Below the pieces are notes generated by a model. That model had not been told where the DNA came from. It ran no database searches and saw nothing but the letters and a program-made list of their open reading frames with translations. A stretch of 45,927 bases of DNA from Octopus bimaculoides. Its lineage: Eukaryota. A program made the position numbers and the translations under genes. The stretch is taken from contig NC_068991.1 in assembly GCF_001194135.2 (NCBI RefSeq), forward strand, positions 24,924,160 to 24,970,086. Direction: 5' to 3'. Numbering within the stretch: the stretch's first letter is position 1; every line of letters begins with the position of its first letter. This document shows positions 12,080 through 24,607 of the stretch, in pieces.

Positions 12080-13037
12080 CCCTTTAAGGTTGGGTGTGGC
12101 TTATTGACACAGCATGCTTTCCTCTGCAGAAGACGGGTGTGGCTTCTTCACAAACTGCTAAATTGTGAAGAAGATGGGTGTGGTATATAAGCCACATTTG
12201 CGTTATAAGCTGGAACTTGTGGAACTCTCAGGGAAAACAGGAAAAATGTGCAAAGTTTTCCAAATTGAGGAAGCTAGGTGACATTGAGAGAAGAAAGTGT
12301 GGAAACCCTCTTACATTACATTGGCATAATAAGTGCAATGTGACAGCGGTCACAACTTTCTGTGAAGAAGACATAGTAAACAGTTCTAAAGTAAATTATA
12401 AAATCAAGGAAGTTGTGAAGAAGCCTGACTGTATTATTAATTATTACAACCAACATATGCCGAGTTGATAAAGCAAACATGCAGCTGGCAATGTTTGAGT
12501 GTGCTAGGAAAAGTGTAAAATGGCATAAAAAAATTATTTTTTCACATTATGGATGTTGTCATACTGAATTCTTTTAATATGTACCTGACGAAAACTGGTA
12601 ACCACATGATGTTTGAATATATCCATAGAGAAACAGTATGCCACTTGCTTGCCAAATATGGCAAACTCACAAATGCAGCACCAAGAAGATTGGCAAGTGG
12701 CACCATTGGTAGACTAATGACAGTTCCCTTCATGGAAAGACACTATCCTGATCATGTCCCAAGTACAGGAACAAGAAAAAAAAAAGGGCCAAAAATGGTG
12801 CACTGTTTGTTCATCCATGACCAAAATGGAACAGAAAGCAAGCTATGTGACAACTTGGTGTCATGAGTGCAAAGTGAGTCTCTAGTTACTCGCATGCTTT
12901 TGTGAGTTCCATACATGCAAGAATTAGTAAAATATAATCATAAGTAGTAACTAAAATTTAATTTTAAAATCTTGTATTTAAAAATTTTTTTGCTTCCTGC
13001 TGGAAAAGCCTTGCTATTTATACCCAACCTTAAAGGG
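12080..13037 (+). mobile_element. Internally deleted piggyBac (PGBD4-like) transposon with both TIRs
   Basis: TTAA (12076-79), then CCCTTTAAGGTTGGGT ... ACCCAACCTTAAAGGG, then CTAA: a perfect 16-bp TIR with a once-mutated TSD. Frameshifted C-terminal transposase: HWHNKCNVTAVTT, KPDCIINYYNQHM/VDKANMQL, KWHKKI, DVVILNSFNMY, and Cys-rich tail WCTVC...WCHECKVSL...CFCEFH. Confidence 0.93.
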
Positions 13038-13054
13038 CTAAAATGTTGTATTTA

Positions 13055-13335
13055 TAACCATGTGGTTCCTTGTTCTATCCCATGGTGTGGCCTCTTGGGC
13101 GAGTGTCTTTTACTATAACCTTTGACTGACAAATGCTTTGTGAGTGAAATTTCGTCCATGAAAATGTCGCGCAGTAGTTCAGTGTACAGATATTTGACAT
13201 AAAGAACCTTACTTGAAATACTTATGAGGGCCAGTGTCAGGAAGGGCTTCCAACCATAGAACTCTGCATCAAGATGTTTCATCCAACCCATAGTAGCATA
13301 GAAAAAAAAAAGTGGGTGTAAAATGATGGTGATGG
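13055..13335 (+). mobile_element. SINE family 1 head plus body
   Basis: accatgtggttccttgttctatcccatggtgtggcctcttgggcgagtgtcttttactata..., tail aaatgatggtgatg. Confidence 0.65.
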
Positions 13336-13623
13336 TAGGGTGTGGCTTTTAGAGAATTGACTACTATTTCTAGTAGTGATAGGAAGCCCCTTATCTGTGA
13401 GTGATTTGAAACCATCTGCTGACAAAATATCTAAAAACATGAAAAAAAAAAGAGCAAAAACGTTTAAACTTCATCATTATCATCATCATTGCATGTGCCA
13501 GACATAATTTGTCAAAGCAGATTTTCTATAGCCAGGAGTGTTTGCACAGAAGACTGGAAACGAATGACACCACTTGTATGACTGATATTTGCTTACAACC
13601 AAAATGTAATATCAGGGCAAGAT

Positions 13624-13665
<42 letters not shown>

Positions 13666-13811
13666 NNNNNNNNNNNNNNNNNNNNNNNNNNNNNNNNNNN
13701 NNNNNNNNNNNNNNNNNNNNNNNNNNNNNNNNNNNNNNNNNNNNNNNNNNNNNNNNNNNNNNNNNNNNNNNNNNNNNNNNNNNNNNNNNNNNNNNNACAA
13801 ACAAACACACA

Positions 13812-13846
<35 letters not shown>

Positions 13847-13919
13847 ACTTTCTTTCTCTCTCTCTCTCTCTATTTTTCTCTCGTGCACGCGCACACACAC
13901 ACACACACACACACATACA

Positions 13920-14075
13920 ATGAGCTTCTTTCAGTTTCTGTTTATCAAATCCATTTACAAGGCTTTGATTGACTTTGAGCTGTAGTAGGAGACACATGTC
14001 TAAGGTGCCACACAGTGGAACTGACCCTGAAACCATGTGGTTGGGAAGTGAACTGCTTAACTGCACCATGCTTGC
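13920..14075 (-). mobile_element. SINE family 1 head
   Basis: gcttctttcagtttctgtttatcaaatcc...aaccatgtggttgggaagtgaactgcttaactgcaccatgc is the reverse of the recurrent head. Confidence 0.75.
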
Positions 14076-14310
14076 ACTTATAGCTATAGCCTTAAGACCA
14101 AAAAGGTAATTTAAATTGCACTTATGGAAGAGCAATCTTTATTTTTTTGAAGCATCAAAATCAAAAATTTCTTTGCACCACTGTAACCAGTTCACTGAAT
14201 AGTTATATTCCAAAAATGAATTGAACAAGTTTTAGTAGCTATTGATTACTGGATTGAGAAATTCTCAGCATTCTTGACAAATGTCTTCCATTCCTCTCTG
14301 ACTTGTGTTA

Positions 14311-14516
14311 AAACTCTTTAGCATTCAGATTGTTCCATCAAGTATAACGCTCGTTTTATTCACATTATTTTGAAGTCTTGTAGCTTTGTGATTTTAATGA
14401 TGTGATTGTTTATTTTAAAAATAACATTGCAAGGTAGGTGTAAGAGGCCAGTTTCAGCATAAAACAGGCAGAATATTTTGGGCTTGATATGGCCAGTTTA
14501 AATACTAAAGAGTTAA
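14311..14516. mobile_element. piggyBac-type MITE family A (about 200 bp)
   Basis: Starts aactctttagcattcaga and ends aaatactaaagagttaa; terminal inverted repeats with TTAA. Confidence 0.75.
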
Positions 14517-14639
14517 TCTCTTGGATAGTGCATTGCATGTCTTCTTGCAATTAAGTTAGCTAATATAGATTTTTGCTAGATTATGTCTTCCATATTTACC
14601 ATGGGAAGGTTGTTACAGAATAACTTCAGCTATTAATTC

Positions 14640-15095
14640 CTACTAGTTGTGCCAGCAATGGCCAACAAACCTCATCTTGTACTTTCATATTGTCTCTGAT
14701 ATATAGGATGTCTTGGTATAGCTCTTTGTTAGTCATGTATTGTTGCCATGAGATACTTAGAACAACACTGAGCATTCTGATGTACATGCTGTTCAGAGTT
14801 TTTTTTATATAAGCTTTAAGTGTCTAGATTATCAAAGCCTAAACTAAAATTGGTTCAACAATCAGTTCTGAAGAAGTCTATTAAAAATTTTCACAAATTA
14901 GATAAGATTTCCATATCTTATCCAAATAGTCAAGTGCTCTCCATACTTAACTGTTCCTGATTTCCATATCACTATTCGATTTGGGGATATGACTTCTAAG
15001 GCATTTGTTGTTCTCTTTTTCTTTATTCATTCTTCATTTAGAGATTGTAAGCTTTGAAGTGCTTCCTGATTGTAAGATATATATTCTGTTTGATT
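14640..15095 (-). mobile_element. Old RTE LINE fragment (C-terminal part)
   Basis: Reverse translation contains LNSMYIRMLSVVLSISWQQYMTNKELYQDI, paralleling LDGCYTKMLRMALNVSWKHHTTNADLYQGL of the 6143-6712 ORF. Many stop codons. Confidence 0.7.
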
Positions 15096-15889
15096 ACAGG
15101 TAAGCCCACCACCACCACCACCACTACCAATTCACTGCAGGGGAAGTTCACCGCCATCAATTCACTGTGAAGAAAGTTGACTAAAAAAAATATATTCATA
15201 GTATCTCACCATTAATAGTTAAAAAAGAATGGTGAATTTTCCCTGTGGTGTATTGATGACAGTGAACTTACTGGACATGATTCTGTTTTATAAGGGTTGA
15301 TATATAGTCTGATTTTACTGGCATTTTCCTCTAGAGTATGAAACTGTATCTGTGAGTAAGTAATAGTGATATAATGGAAATGTTGATTATGACACCTCAA
15401 GAAATAAATGTAAAATGAATTTAACTGTTTTCGTAGGTTTTTAGATTGCTAAAATGATTCTTTCATGTTCAAATTGCTTCAATATTAACATACATCTCAG
15501 ATTAAATCATTTTGTCATTTTAATCAACTTAAACCAGGCAAACATTGTCTCCTCCAAAATTGTTGGCCATCTGCCAAAACTTGAAACCTTTATTACTATC
15601 ATCATCATCATCATTATCTCAGCTCCATTTCCTTTGCAAGTTCTTATATAATTTTCTTTGTCTTTTTAGAAATTTGAAATAATTTTATTGAAGCATGCCC
15701 GTTGGCGTTCCAAATATTGGCATGAACTATTTTAGTTACAAGTAAGTACATGGTTTTTTTTTCTCCTTTCCTTTGTGTAAAGATATTCTTGGATGACATA
15801 CATGTGTCGTCTTGCATATATTCTGTCCGTTGGGCTTAACATCTTCAGATTTGACCTTTGCTGGTTACACACCCATTCTACCCAGACTT

Positions 15890-16260
15890 GCTATATACCA
15901 TCTTCACCCAGGCTAATTATATATCCTTTCCAGATGCATACCCTATCCATGCTAGCTAGCTGTATACCTTTTCTCTGGCCAATTACACCCCCTATCCATG
16001 CTAGATAGCTATATACTCTCTCCCAGCTTGCTGCTTACCCTTTTCTTCCAGACTCTACACCCTCTCCTTTCAGACTAACTGCATACCCTACATGCTAGCT
16101 AGCTACATACCCTTTCTATGCTAGCAAGCTATATATCTTCTCTATCCAGGTCACCTATATACCCTCTCCTGCAAGACTTCTTATAAACCCTCTTGATCCA
16201 CTCCATCCAGGTTTACTACATATCCTCTCTACCTAGGGGTACTACTTAAGCCATACACCT
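15890..16260. repeat. Degenerate C/T-skewed tandem repeat (catgctagctagctatataccct-like units)
   Basis: Repeated ccatgctagctagctgtatacc, ccatgctagatagctatatact, acatgctagctagctacatacc and tatgctagcaagctatatatc. Confidence 0.6.
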
Positions 16261-16351
16261 CTCCTTCCTCTGCTACTGTTACTGTCTAGTCTCCCTGGTT
16301 TCCTATTAAACACTTCAAGAGGGCTACCCATTAGAATAAACATACTTTTCC

Positions 16352-16554
16352 ATAACCCTTTAGTGTTCAGATTACTTTGTGAAATGTAATACTTATGTAT
16401 TCATATATATTTTGTATTAATCGAGCAATATTTGAGCTTTGAGGTTTCAATGAGGTGATTGTTTATTTTTAGATTGACATGGCCAGTTTGAATGTCAAAA
16501 TAGATAGAATATTTGGGCCAGATATGTCCCAAATATTCTATGCTAAAGTGTTAA
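16352..16554. mobile_element. piggyBac-type MITE family A
   Basis: ataaccctttagtgttcaga ... tatgctaaagtgttaa. Confidence 0.75.
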
Positions 16555-16917
16555 AACAGTAACTTTTACCTGAATATATTAAGTGAACATCAGCCATTGT
16601 AATCTCACCAATGTAGGATGGTTTGCTGCGGTCATGGGTTCTGTACCTCCTTCTTTTAAGATGTGTTTAAAATATATTTTAAAAACTTTAAGATTTACTT
16701 TTGCTTGATGTATTGTGTTTAACCCTGTTTGAAAATAGCAGTCAAATACTCTCTTATCACATCCTGTGGTCTTAAAAATTTTTTTTTTAAATGGATACAT
16801 CGGCTGATGTAGTCTTAGATGTACTAATCTTTCTAAAAACATAAAATGAGGTTGGTCAAGCTTGGAATAATCATAAATATATGTGTGGTCAGTCAAGAGC
16901 TGAAGTTGGATTGGAGC

Positions 16918-17050
16918 TTAACAATAGCAACAACTGCACCACCATCAACAACAACAACAACAACAACAACAATAAACAGAATAATAACAACCATGACAAA
17001 AGCAACAAACAACAACAAGCACATCAACAATAACAGCAACAACAGTTCAA
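16918..17050. repeat. Degenerate (AAC)n microsatellite
   Basis: aacaacaac runs interrupted by substitutions. Confidence 0.85.
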
Positions 17051-17509
17051 TAAGAAACAAAAAATGGAGTATATATGTCAGGAGGAGAAGAGATCATCAC
17101 CATTTTAAGTAGAGCCATTTTTAATGAAGAACTTCATTAATGAGGGTAACTTATTCTCCCTCAACCAACACAACACAACTCACCTTGCTGAACAGGTGAT
17201 AAATTATATTCACAGCATGATAGAAATCCATTATACTAATTAGGAATTAACTAATTAGGGGAGTGTGAGAGAGAGTGAGAGATTGCAAAATAATAGGAAA
17301 GTGTTTTTTCTTTTTTTATATATGCATCACAATTGTTGGACACCAGTAGCATTGGTTACCAGTTTGCAATGAACCAATTACTGGTTCACTGTATTTCCGA
17401 GAGAGAGAGAATGAAAAGAAGTATTTGAAACTCAGTATGGATCAAATATTGCCAAGACTTCATTTGAAAAGCACTTTTATTTTTTTGCTTTGTGGCTTTT
17501 GATGAATTA

Positions 17510-17670
17510 TATTGGCGGAGTGGTAAGAAACTTGCTTCCCAACCACATGGCTCTGGGTTCAGTCCCACTACATAGCACCTTTGTCAAGGTGTTTTCTACT
17601 ACAGCCTCGGGCCAACCAATGTGTTGTTAGTGGATTTGGTAGACAGAAACTGAAAGAAGCCTGTCATATA
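17510..17670 (+). mobile_element. SINE family 1 head
   Basis: ggcggagtggtaagaaacttgcttcccaaccacatggctctgggttcagtcccact...ggaaactgaaagaagcc. Confidence 0.8.
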
Positions 17671-17927
17671 TATGTATATGTGTGTGTGTGTATATTCACA
17701 CACACACACATACCCTTTTTTTTTTTTTTATTAAAGCTGCAAAAACGTCACAGAAAAACTGCTACTCAGAGTTTCATATTTCTGTTCATCAGGCAGTTGA
17801 TACAGAATGTGATGGTACAGTTGTAATGTTTTTGCAGCTATAATAAAAAAGCATATTACTCTATCTTTGATATTTGAGGGCTATTTTCTTCTACTTTGTT
17901 TTGCATTTGTGTGCTTACTCATGTGTC

Positions 17928-17973
<46 letters not shown>

Positions 17974-18002
17974 GCCCTTATATATATATATGTATATACA
18001 TA

Positions 18003-18593
18003 CAGGGTGCAATGGGTAAATTGTTGCTATTTTATATTTTCAATTTCGTGCATGTGCGTTGTTTGTTTTGAGTTTGTCAACTACACAGTGTAGTAGAGTC
18101 AGTTGGGCACTATCTGTGAGAAAAACAGCACCATGATGCTATTCACTCTACCAGAAATTTGGAAATGAAATGCTGTACTGCTTGGCATTTGTGCCAGAAG
18201 CTCCAATATGAACATTTCAGAGTGTTTGGGTATCAATCTGAGGATAGTGTAATCTGAGGACACGTACCGAGAGTGATCAAAATCAAACATCCAGTCAACA
18301 TCATGGTGTTTGGAGTGACCACTAGTGATGGTGATGTTATTCCTCAATTCATCTTCCCATACGGCCTCAAATTCAACACCGAGGCCTACATCAAGTGCCT
18401 GGAGGAGGTAGTGCCATCCTGGGTCAAGAGGGGGGGCTGCTGGAAGACCCTATGTCTGGCAACAGGACTCCGCACCATGCCACACAAGCAGGAGAACCTA
18501 GTCATGGCTGTCAGACAATTTCTGCAACCACATCACCCCTAACATCTGGCCACCTAACTCTCCAGACTGCAACGCCCTTTATTATTATGTATC
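18003..18593 (+). mobile_element. Tc1/mariner DD37D (maT-type) transposon, internally deleted; right end in gap
   Basis: Left end TA-CAGGGTG. Peptide KHPVNIMVFGVTTSDGDV...YVWQQDSAPCHTSRRT*SWL...WPPNSPDCNAL(Y), with 37 residues between the second D and the mutated third D. Contains a frameshift and a premature stop. Confidence 0.9.
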
Positions 18594-18639
18594 NNNNNNN
18601 NNNNNNNNNNNNNNNNNNTCCTCCCTCCCTCCCTCTACT

Positions 18640-18822
18640 GCTTGATAACTGTTGGTGTGTTTGCATCCCTATAACTTATTGGTTTGGCAAAAGAGACCAA
18701 TAGAATAAGTACTAGGCTTAAAAAAGAAGTACTGGCGTCAGTTCATTTGACTAAAAATTCAAGTCGGCGTCCCAGCATGGCTGCAATCTAATGACTGAAA
18801 CAAGTAAAAGCTGAAAGATAAG
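18640..18822 (+). mobile_element. SINE family 1, 3' half
   Basis: ttggcaaaagagaccaatagaataagtactaggc...ccagcatggctgcaatctaatgactgaaacaagtaaaag. Confidence 0.75.
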
Positions 18823-20479
18823 ACACACACACTACACTAAACAGGCTTCTGCACAGTTTTCATCAACCAAGTTTCCTTACAAGGTGTCGTGAGGTAATGT
18901 ATATAAATAGAAACATAAAATAAAACATTTAAATGTTAGTTGTATTAACATTGAAATGAATGTTATTGATCTGAACAGGATATGTAAACATTTGAGTGGG
19001 TAGGTGTCAAAATGCATTATTGACTAGTTTAAGAGAAACATCCAAGTATTGTATACATGACAATTTTGTAGTATGTATATGAGTAATGTTTTCTGCCTCG
19101 AAACTTATAACATTCATACAGTGACTTCAGTTTATACAACATTCATACTAGTTTTGCAGTCATACAAAAGAACATATTAGCCTAGTCTCTTTTATACAAG
19201 TCCGTCATTTTTACATGTTGAGAAATAATAATTTGAATGTCTGTATATAAATATTGGTTGGTTCGTCTCTCCAGTCATGTTTTACATTGCATTGAAAAGG
19301 TAGGGTAAGTGTAATGGAGAGATAAAGTGAATTAACAGAAGAGGTACAGGATGAATGGAGAGAAAGCATCATAGAGGCAGACGATAAGGGGAAGAGAGGG
19401 AGCAAAAAACAGGACAGTTATGGGAGGAGTTACACAAATAAGAAATCTAGTTTTTTTTTGCGGTAATAAATATTTTTCTTTTGAAAATTGGTATTCATTT
19501 CACCATTTTGTATAAGCACCAAAATTTTGATAACGATTAAATAATTATATTTATGCCATATTTTCTGATATCACCCAGAGTGGCAAAACATACTTCCAGA
19601 GTTACCTGTCATTTTATGGATAACACTCTACTGTTTGTATATAAACAGTTGAATGTATATATATGTCTGACATGGGAGATTAATTTCCTAGGAGAGTTAG
19701 GGAGAATTAAATTGAATGATTTGAACTTGATACAGTAATGAGTGTTATCTGTTTGTCGTAAGGTATTTATTGGTTTGATTTATTTTGTGCCAGTATGCAG
19801 TAATTCTTCATTAATGAAATTAGTTTGGCCAGTAAATATTTTGACTGTTTCTGGCATACATAAAATGTAGTCTTCTATTATTGTAGTAAAATCATGCTCT
19901 CTTGATGATCCTCCATTTTATAATCATATGGTGTGTGTGTGTGTGTGTGTGTGTACTCTTTGAAGCTCATGAAATGGAGGATAATTTTGAATGGGTTTAA
20001 AATAAGTTTCTATATATATTTTGTTGAGTTGTGGGCTTTTACTTCACACTAATGTATTGTCTTTCTTAAGATAGACATATCATAGCATTTTAAGTCTCAT
20101 GTTTTTAGTTATCATGCAGATATTGTACTTATGATTATTTTGAAAAATATAAAAGTTGACAAACTCTGCAAACACTGACAATGTAGGAATGTGGACATAC
20201 AAACCATTAACATGAGAACCATATTTAATTAACAACATTTATTGTAACAGGCATTTATTTTCTTCTGCTTTTTTTGTTTCCTTCTTACTCTTTGTCTATG
20301 TTCTACTTTCTCTCATTCTTTTTATTCTTTCTTTAGTCATTCACATATTTCTAATAACCCTTCTCCAATTTCTTGAAATATATATAATTATCATTAAAAA
20401 TAATGAGTCAAACAAAATACATTTTGTTTTGTTGGAGAAAATGTATTTTATTTAACTTGTTTTTTTAATAAAGTATATC

Positions 20480-20775
20480 AGACTTCTGCTATGGATGACA
20501 GGTCTTCTTGAGTACAGCAAGGCACCAAATATCTTGGTCCTTTATCCGGTGCCTCATAAAAAGCACTTGTGCCAGTGCCATATAAATGCACTTGTGCCAG
20601 TGCCACTTTAAAAGCACCCATCACACTCTGTGAAGTGGTTGGTGTTAGGAAGGGCATCTAGCTGTAGAATCCAAGCCAAATTAGACTGGAACCTGGTGCA
20701 GCTCTCCTGCTTGTCTGCTGTGATTAAACCATCCAACCAGCCAGCATGGAAAACAGATGTTAAAGGATGATGATA
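20480..20775 (+). mobile_element. LINE/SINE 3' tail with three copies of the 25-bp unit
   Basis: ggtgcctcataaaaagcacttgtgcc / agtgccatataaatgcacttgtgcc / agtgccacttaaaagcaccc, then ccatccaaccagccagcatgg...aaggatgatgat. Confidence 0.7.
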
Positions 20776-21949
20776 AGACCTGTATTTGTTGGAAAAAAAA
20801 TTAGTGTTTCATCATATACTTGTTAAAAGACATTTTAAAGTGATTTTGTTGGGGAAAAATGTATGATTCTATGCAAGTAAATACAACATTCTGTCCATAA
20901 ACTGGAATAAAGTATAAAACTATAAATTTGTCTTATATAAATTACATTATATAAGTACCATATCTCAGTTTAATCTTCTTTCAGATTAACTGTACAGCTC
21001 ATATTTTGGTCAAGAGAATTGTTATACAAAATGTAATGCTTGTAGTTTTTAGCAAATAACTGATAGGTAGATGAATGTCTTTCTAGGAGAATTTTAATTT
21101 AGCTAATCAAAAAATATTTCTTAAACGTAACACAGTCATTAAATAATGTAAGACATATCAGATGTGGGTTCTTTTTGCTGTGGAAGATGGTATAATGAAA
21201 TGATATGACTCCTTCACATAATTGCAAACAAACATACTGTTGGCAATTTTTTTGTAAGTTTGTGGTAATTGTCAGTGATATTTTGCTTTGTTTTCAATAT
21301 TTTATTATAAATAACTATTATTATGTCCAGTAGACTTTTGCTTATTCATCTCTATAGCCCACAGTTACATTAAGCAATTGGTTTTGGTACGCTTAAGAAT
21401 AAAAGAAGTGAATCACACTGGCAAACGCTACATTCTGAGGACTCTCATACACACTTTTATATCAACATTGTGTGAATAAACGCTCAGACATTCAAACAGG
21501 TTTGCAGTGTCTGTGTGACTAAGTTATCTCCCTTTACACTACTGCCTTTTGTATCTGATAAACATCAGTGCAAGAAATACCAACATTAATTACTGGGATC
21601 GATATAATTGACTGGAGGAAGGGGCGGGGGGGGGGAGGAACAAAAGGAAGCTGGGTCTCAGCATGATTGCAGTTCAGTAAATAAACAGGGACACCAAAGA
21701 AGTTAGAGCAAGGAAAATTAATAGCATTGCATGTGACAGGCATGAAAAATAATAGCAATATTGCAGGCATAACTTGCATATGTAAATAATAACAAATAAC
21801 AGCCATGCACTACAGCTATTATTTGTCAGTATTGATATATCAGTAGTGAAAAATAACAGTATCGCAGACATAACTATTATGTATTTGTAACAAACAATGG
21901 TCATAAAACCAATAATGATGAATGTGTCGGAAGATGCATACACCATGGA

Positions 21950-22200
21950 CACATGCACAATCTCTTTCCACTGATTTCTGTCTCTGGCCATAGTTGTGCA
22001 TTCAGCCAGATGTCTTCTGGTCTATTCTTTGGGGTTGTATATCTAGTGTTTCCTCATCTTAGTCTCTCTCTTCCTCATTTCCCATTGGCTCTTCCCTCTA
22101 AGATGTGGGTAATGAAGTTCTGAGTCCTGATGACGTAACCAAAACACTACAACTTTCTCTTCTTGACAATTGCTGAAAATTCTCTTTCTGTGGCTGTTAC
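21950..22200 (-). mobile_element. RTE-clade LINE 3' end fragment
   Basis: Reverse translation AIVKKRKL*CFGYVIR...HILEGRANGK*GRER...MARDRNQWKEIVH is a typical RTE C-terminus. Confidence 0.75.
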
Positions 22201-22384
22201 CTTGACTACTGACTTGTTTGTTTCATGGTCAATCTTGCTGATCCTCAGTACTCATTCTCTGCAGAATGGTAAATATAAATAGATGAATAACTGTTCAGAT
22301 AATCTGTGACTTTTAGTACATATTGTTGGATTGTGGTGGAGTAATTTTGCCAATAAGAAACACAGTTTCTTTTTATTATTGTAT

Positions 22385-22605
22385 CTGGCAGAAAAGGTGG
22401 TGAGCTGGCAAAATCGTTAGCACGCCGGGCAAAATGCTTAGTGGCATTTTGTCTGTCCTTATGTTCTGAGTTCAAATTCCATTGAGGTCAACTTTGCTTT
22501 TTATCCTTTTGGGATCGATGAAATTAGTACCAGTTACACACTGGTGTTGATATATACAACTCGCCCCCTACTCCGAAATTTCAGGATTTGTACCTATAGT
22601 AGAAA
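22385..22605 (+). mobile_element. SINE family 2 (a second decayed copy follows at 22670-22880)
   Basis: gagctggcaaaatcgttagcacgccgggcaaaatgcttagtggc...gttcaaattcc...tagaaaagattatt. Confidence 0.75.
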
Positions 22606-22991
22606 AGATTATTGTATTCACAAAAAATAAAAAAAAATAAAAAATAAATAAAATAAAAATAAAAACAGGGAGCTGGCAGAATTGTTAGAACATTGGTAAA
22701 AAATACCTTGCAGCATTTGCTTTGACTCTTTATGCTCTGAGTTCAAATCCTACTTAAGTTGACTTTTCCATTTAGTGTTGATAAAAAGAAAATACTTATC
22801 AAGTATTGAGTTGATGTAATTGATTAAAGCCTTTTCCCTCCTAATTACTGGCCTTGTACCTAAATTTGAAACAGTTATTGTTAGTCAGTTAGCTAACCAA
22901 TTAACTAATTGATTGCTTGATTAATCATTTGATGAATCAACCAATCAGCTAGTTTGTCAAAGTTCTTTTATCGCCATTCATTACCTCATCA

Positions 22992-23014
22992 ATGGCATAC
23001 CCTCCACACTCCAG
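22992..23014 (+). CDS. Candidate start-codon or upstream coding exon end (MAYPPHS + AG, phase 2)
   Basis: ATG GCA TAC CCT CCA CAC TCC AG|gtatgt. The phase-2 end joins exon 30315 in frame (MAYPPHSSGYDGYMP). The acceptor is weak and not defined. Confidence 0.3.
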
Positions 23015-23165
23015 GTATGTCTTGTTTTTTGTCAGGCTTTTGTTACTATAAATACAAAGTATTTATACTTTATATGTGTGTGTGCATCTATGTTGGTGAG
23101 TGTGTTGGGCATGCACATGTTTGTGGCTGACAAAGAAGCAAGCACAAAGTTAGATAGACAGACAG

Positions 23166-23547
23166 TTGTTATTGGCACTCCGTCGCTTACGACGTCGAGG
23201 GTTCCAGTTGATCCGATCAACAGAGCAGCCTGCTCGTGAAATTAACGTGCAAGTGGCTGAGCACTCCAAAGACACATGTACCCTTAACGTAGTTCTCGGG
23301 GATATTCAGTGTGACACAGTGTGACAAGGCTGACGCTTTGAATTACAGGCACAACAGAAACAGGAAGTAAGAGTGAGAGAAAGTTGTGGTGACAGAGTAC
23401 AGCAGGGTTCGCCACCATCCCCTGCCGGAGCCTCGTGGAGCTTTAGGTGTTTTCACTCGATAAACACAACGCTCGGTCTGGGAATCGAAACCATGATCCT
23501 ATGACCGCGAATCCACTGCTCTAACCACTGGGCCATTGCGCCTCCAC
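23166..23547 (-). mobile_element. Young full-length tRNA-derived SINE (CpGs retained)
   Basis: Minus head GTGGAGGCGCAATGGCCCAGTGGTTAGAGC...GGTTTCGATTCCCAGACC (A and B boxes). Flanked by ttagataga-containing direct repeats at 23150 and 23548. Confidence 0.9.
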
Positions 23548-24607
23548 TTAGATAGATAGACAGACAGACAGATAGAATAAATAGATAAAAGATAAATGTA
23601 GCACTAAATTTTGTATACCTATTAGAATATGTCCTACATACATAGAATTTGTTGTAATGAAGGCAGTCTAAACAGAAAGCAGGTACTATTCCATAGAACT
23701 ATAAGTTGGTTTAAAGAGTAACAACAACAGAATCAACCCATTGTTATGTTAAAGGTACAATGTCTACAGACCTATCAACTAGTTGTAGAGAAATGTATTT
23801 TACTGAGCCAATAAACCTACAATGCATCCTGTTTGTGTGTTGAGAATACAATTTTTCAGTGCACTAACTACACTTCCATTGGTTAGCTGGGTTTGAATTT
23901 GTATCTATTGATAAATTTAGTATCAGTTGGTCAAAGTTGAAACCAGATATCAAATCATTGAAGACGCAGTGTGACAGCTAGTGTTGCTGTCGTTAGAAGT
24001 CAAAGACAAACTGAGTCACTGGGTTTAAAACTGAAGGTAATAAACCATCAGCATTGTTTTAATGCCCACTTTTGTATTCTTACCTGGATTAGACAGAATT
24101 CATTGCAGAAGATTTTCTATGGCTGGATACTCTTCCTCTCAGCAACCTTCACCTTTTTCCAAGTAGGTAATATTTCTTTATGACTGGATGAGTTTACCTT
24201 GAAGAGTGGAAATGAAGGACACTGCTTCTATGATAGTGATGCTTGATTACAATTGTCATGTGATGTCAAGACAAGGTGACTCTAATACACATACTCATAC
24301 ACCACACACACACACACACACACACAGATGTCATCATCATCTTCATCAATATCATTTTAACAACCACTTTTCCATGTTCACATAAGTCAGATAGAATTTG
24401 TTGTGGCAGGTTTTCTATGGCTGGATGCCCTTCTGCTGCTTACCCTTACTTGTTTCTAAGCAAGTCAATATTTTCATACAGCCAGATGTTTTCATGGAAG
24501 CAAAGGACATAGCTTGTATGATGGTGATATTCATTTAAAACTATCATGCAATGTAAAGACAAGGGGATATTAACACCCCTTCACACACATATATGTACAT
24601 GCATATA

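Noticed and set aside
13509-14135. Long ORFs containing X runs (also 28567-29511, 42658-43650 and 44361-45131)
   Set aside because: Artefacts of N gaps and flanking dinucleotide repeats.
15042-15099. Apparent + strand exon (ag|AGATTG...TACAG|gtaagc; IVSFEVLPDCKIYILFDYR)
   Set aside because: Its reverse complement continues the decayed RTE fragment at 14640-15095, so the splice-like signals are probably incidental.
15918-15932. U12-type AT-AC donor ATATCCTTT
   Set aside because: Lies within the degenerate tandem repeat, with no upstream exon or matching U12 branch site.
16579-16896. 105-aa minus ORF MTDHTYIYDY...
   Set aside because: Overlaps a recurrent interspersed repeat (gactgctattt motif); no recognisable domain or splice support.
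16846-17112. Thr/Asn/Gln-rich ORF
   Set aside because: Explained by the (AAC)n microsatellite; no splice-supported exon.
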